DNA of 61,175 nucleotides, filler included, from Circinaria calcarea (Eukaryota), in NCBI GenBank assembly GCA_051942165.1. It is 17 parts of 17 records of this genome, joined end to end, with 100 filler letters (N's around TTAATTAATTAA, not from the genome) between each part and the next. Parts side by side here need not be neighbours in the genome. Positions count along the whole stretch, not along the records: positions 57,678 to 61,175 come from JAVECS010002796.1; 16 more parts are not named here. One strand, 5' to 3'. The first letter of the stretch is position 1. Each line of letters begins with the position of its first letter. A program made the translations under genes and the position numbers. Under the pieces are notes generated by a model. That model made no database searches. It saw only the letters and a program-made list of their open reading frames with translations, and was not told the origin of the DNA. Positions 59,061-61,175 of the stretch are shown here, in pieces.

Positions 59061-61175
59061 CTACCGACCATCCGGACTGTTGCTTGGCCCCGAAACAGTC
59101 CTCTTTCCCCACCCACTGAAGAAGCCACCGCCCGACGGAACTGCCGACGCAGGCTTTGGAGGGTCTTGCACGCTCTTCAACGCCGATCCGTACGACACCC
59201 CTGGTGACCCGGGACTTTGGCCTCGACCACCGGCGCCAGGAGAGGCCGGGGTGCCACTCAACAGCTTCCGGAGAGAGTCGAGTTTACTCTTCACTTCTTC
59301 CAGTTCTTGCTTGGCAATCGCCTCCCCCGTCTTCGAATTGACCAACTCCAACAACAACGCCTCCTCGCCGACAGGCTTAAGGTCGGGGGTGGCCAAGAGG
59401 CTCTGCGTACTTAGACTGCTCATCCTCTTCGAGAATACCGGTCCGGGCTGTGCGGTTGTCACGGGCGGCAATCTTCCAAGCTTAAATTCACGAAGGCCAG
59501 GGGAAGGGGCATGTTCCGCAGTTGCCGAAGTAGGGGAATCAGGAGAATCAGGAGGTCCCGACCTGCGGTTCTTGAGATCTTGTATGCTCCTCTCTAGTCG
59601 CTGTTTCTCCCGACTGTTCTCCTGGAGGCGAGATCGCGCATCGCGGAGTTGCTCCTTGACCTGCACGGCTTCCCGATCTCGCTCAGTCAGCTGTCGCGAC
59701 AGATCGGCAGATCGAGCTGCTTCTTCGTTGTATTGATCCTTCCATAGTGTGACATCGTCTCGTAATTGATGCTTGGTTTGTAAAATTGAAGATCGCTTCT
59801 TAGCGATAGTTGTAAAGTGCTCTTCCAAAACTGTGAAGCTCTCCTCTAACACTACGAAATTCTCTGTAATGTCGTCGGATACAAAACACTCATCGTTTAG
59901 CGATGTTGCATCATCTTCTGAGACGGCAGCCAAGGTTTCTTGCTTCTTGACCCGACTAATCACTTGCCGGACAACGTTTCGATCCTCATCGCGTTCTTCG
60001 CGCTCTCTCTGAAGCTCACTTGCCAAAAGCGTCTGTTCCCTTTGCATGTCACTCAAAGCTGTCAGAAGATCCTCAATCTGAATATGGAGGTCTTTATCCT
60101 TATTTGAAAGGGCGACTCGGGTCGTTGTGACAGTGCCAGTCTTAGTCAAAATTTGCTTCACGGGGACCCAGTCCGCAGACATCTGCCGTGACACATTGGT
60201 AGCGTCAGTGGAAGATGTACTTGCACTGGTGTCTGCACTTTCAACGGAGTTGAGCGTAGAGGCCATGCTTTGCTTGGACGGAGTTCGCCGAAGGGAGCTG
60301 AGTGGTCTTGCTGGCGCTGAAAGTGCTGAATTCGATGAGTTGGGCTTAAGTGCCGTGCTAGATCCGGCCCAAAAAGCGAGATGCAGCAGAGTGAATGTTG
60401 GGCTTGGATACAACAGGCGACATTGCATCTTCGTTATGAGCCTCTTTGAAGCTTACCTCAAGCGACTGTAAGCCATCGCGTGTGACAAGTCCAGTTAAAC
60501 CACAGAAATCATTGACTAATTCGTCTGCGTTACATCCATAAGTATCCCACAGCCCACGTGATAGTAGAAGCTGCATTATGTCTTCAAATTCTGTAGTAGC
60601 CAGAATCTTTTTCTCGTTCCTCCGCATTAGTGAAAGAGCAACCCGCATCAATGTCTCAGAGGCACCTTCGGTCAGTATAACATCATAAATGCGCAGGAGC
60701 ATCGGTAAAGGACAAGTGACACCAAAGAAGGACAGAAACCATTGGGAGAGATACAGTGGTTCTAGCTTCAAGTTATCTAAATGTGCTGTAAGCTCTGGAA
60801 GATGCTGGCCGAGCAGATGCTGAAATTGATAAATCCGAAGATGAAGGCCAGATAGGTCCGGCAAAAAGCATGACCGTAAGTCGTAGTGTTTCATCAGACT
60901 TATTATATGTTAGTTACTAGCGTCTCACAACAAGAATATAACAAGAATATATCAACCCACCGAACGAGTACACAAAAGGCCTCCTTGTCGCCCATATGCA
61001 TCAACAATGGGCCAACAACGAAACCGAGTCCCTGGCAATATCCGATTTCTTGATCCCAAAGACTAAAGGCGTTCAGAACCTTGCCCAGCATCTTCTGCCC
61101 TTCTCCATTCGGGTCCCTGAACATATCCACTCCAGGGAAACTTCGGCCGATGTCTTTGCCAATAAGCTTCTCGTA
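59061..61175 (-). CDS. TBC-domain Rab GTPase-activating protein (Gyp5/Evi5-like) with coiled-coil tail; 5' truncated, apparent frameshift near 60371
   Basis: IGKDIGRSFP (R finger), IGYCQGLGF (Q finger), EAFCVL, YLSQWFLSFF, LRIYD, then a coiled-coil region with ELVNSKTGEAIAKQELEE in a different frame. Confidence 0.88.

Noticed and set aside
58813..59736. 307-aa plus-strand ORF
   Set aside because: Antisense to the coiled-coil exon of the TBC GAP, non-ATG start, no domain.

Overview
Fungal (Pezizomycotina, intron-containing) DNA, not one locus. The window is 17 unrelated contigs of about 3.5 kb, sorted by decreasing length (3516 to 3498 bp). They are joined by artificial 100-bp spacers (44 N + TTAATTAATTAA + 44 N), so gene neighbourhood is meaningful only within a contig. 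Contigs: 1-3516, 3617-7131, 7232-10744, 10845-14356, 14457-17968, 18069-21576, 21677-25181, 25282-28783, 28884-32384, 32485-35985, 36086-39584, 39685-43183, 43284-46782, 46883-50381, 50482-53979, 54080-57577, 57678-61175. Recognisable genes, many truncated: two ~97%-identical copies of Rab GGTase beta (BET2), S-formylglutathione hydrolase, a UCH deubiquitinase, Rpp40, THOC3/Tex1, FacB/Acu-15, glucosylceramide synthase, a LaeA-like methyltransferase, a Ybt1-like ABC transporter, Rtt106, Atx1, a TBC Rab-GAP, MFS transporters, a CYP52-clan P450, a DUF6604 protein and several pseudogenes. Highlights: (i) two different RGS-LOV blue-light photoreceptor genes head-to-head on one contig; (ii) an intronless, secreted, six-Cys DUF3494 ice-binding-type protein of bacterial style in AT-rich flanks; (iii) a 175-bp MITE with perfect 32-bp CAC...GTG TIRs and a 5-bp TSD (Transib-like signature); (iv) a Tc1/mariner MITE at the broken 5' end of an MFS pseudogene facing a P450. 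Family calls come from motif recognition only, since no searches were run. Splice sites were placed by eye.
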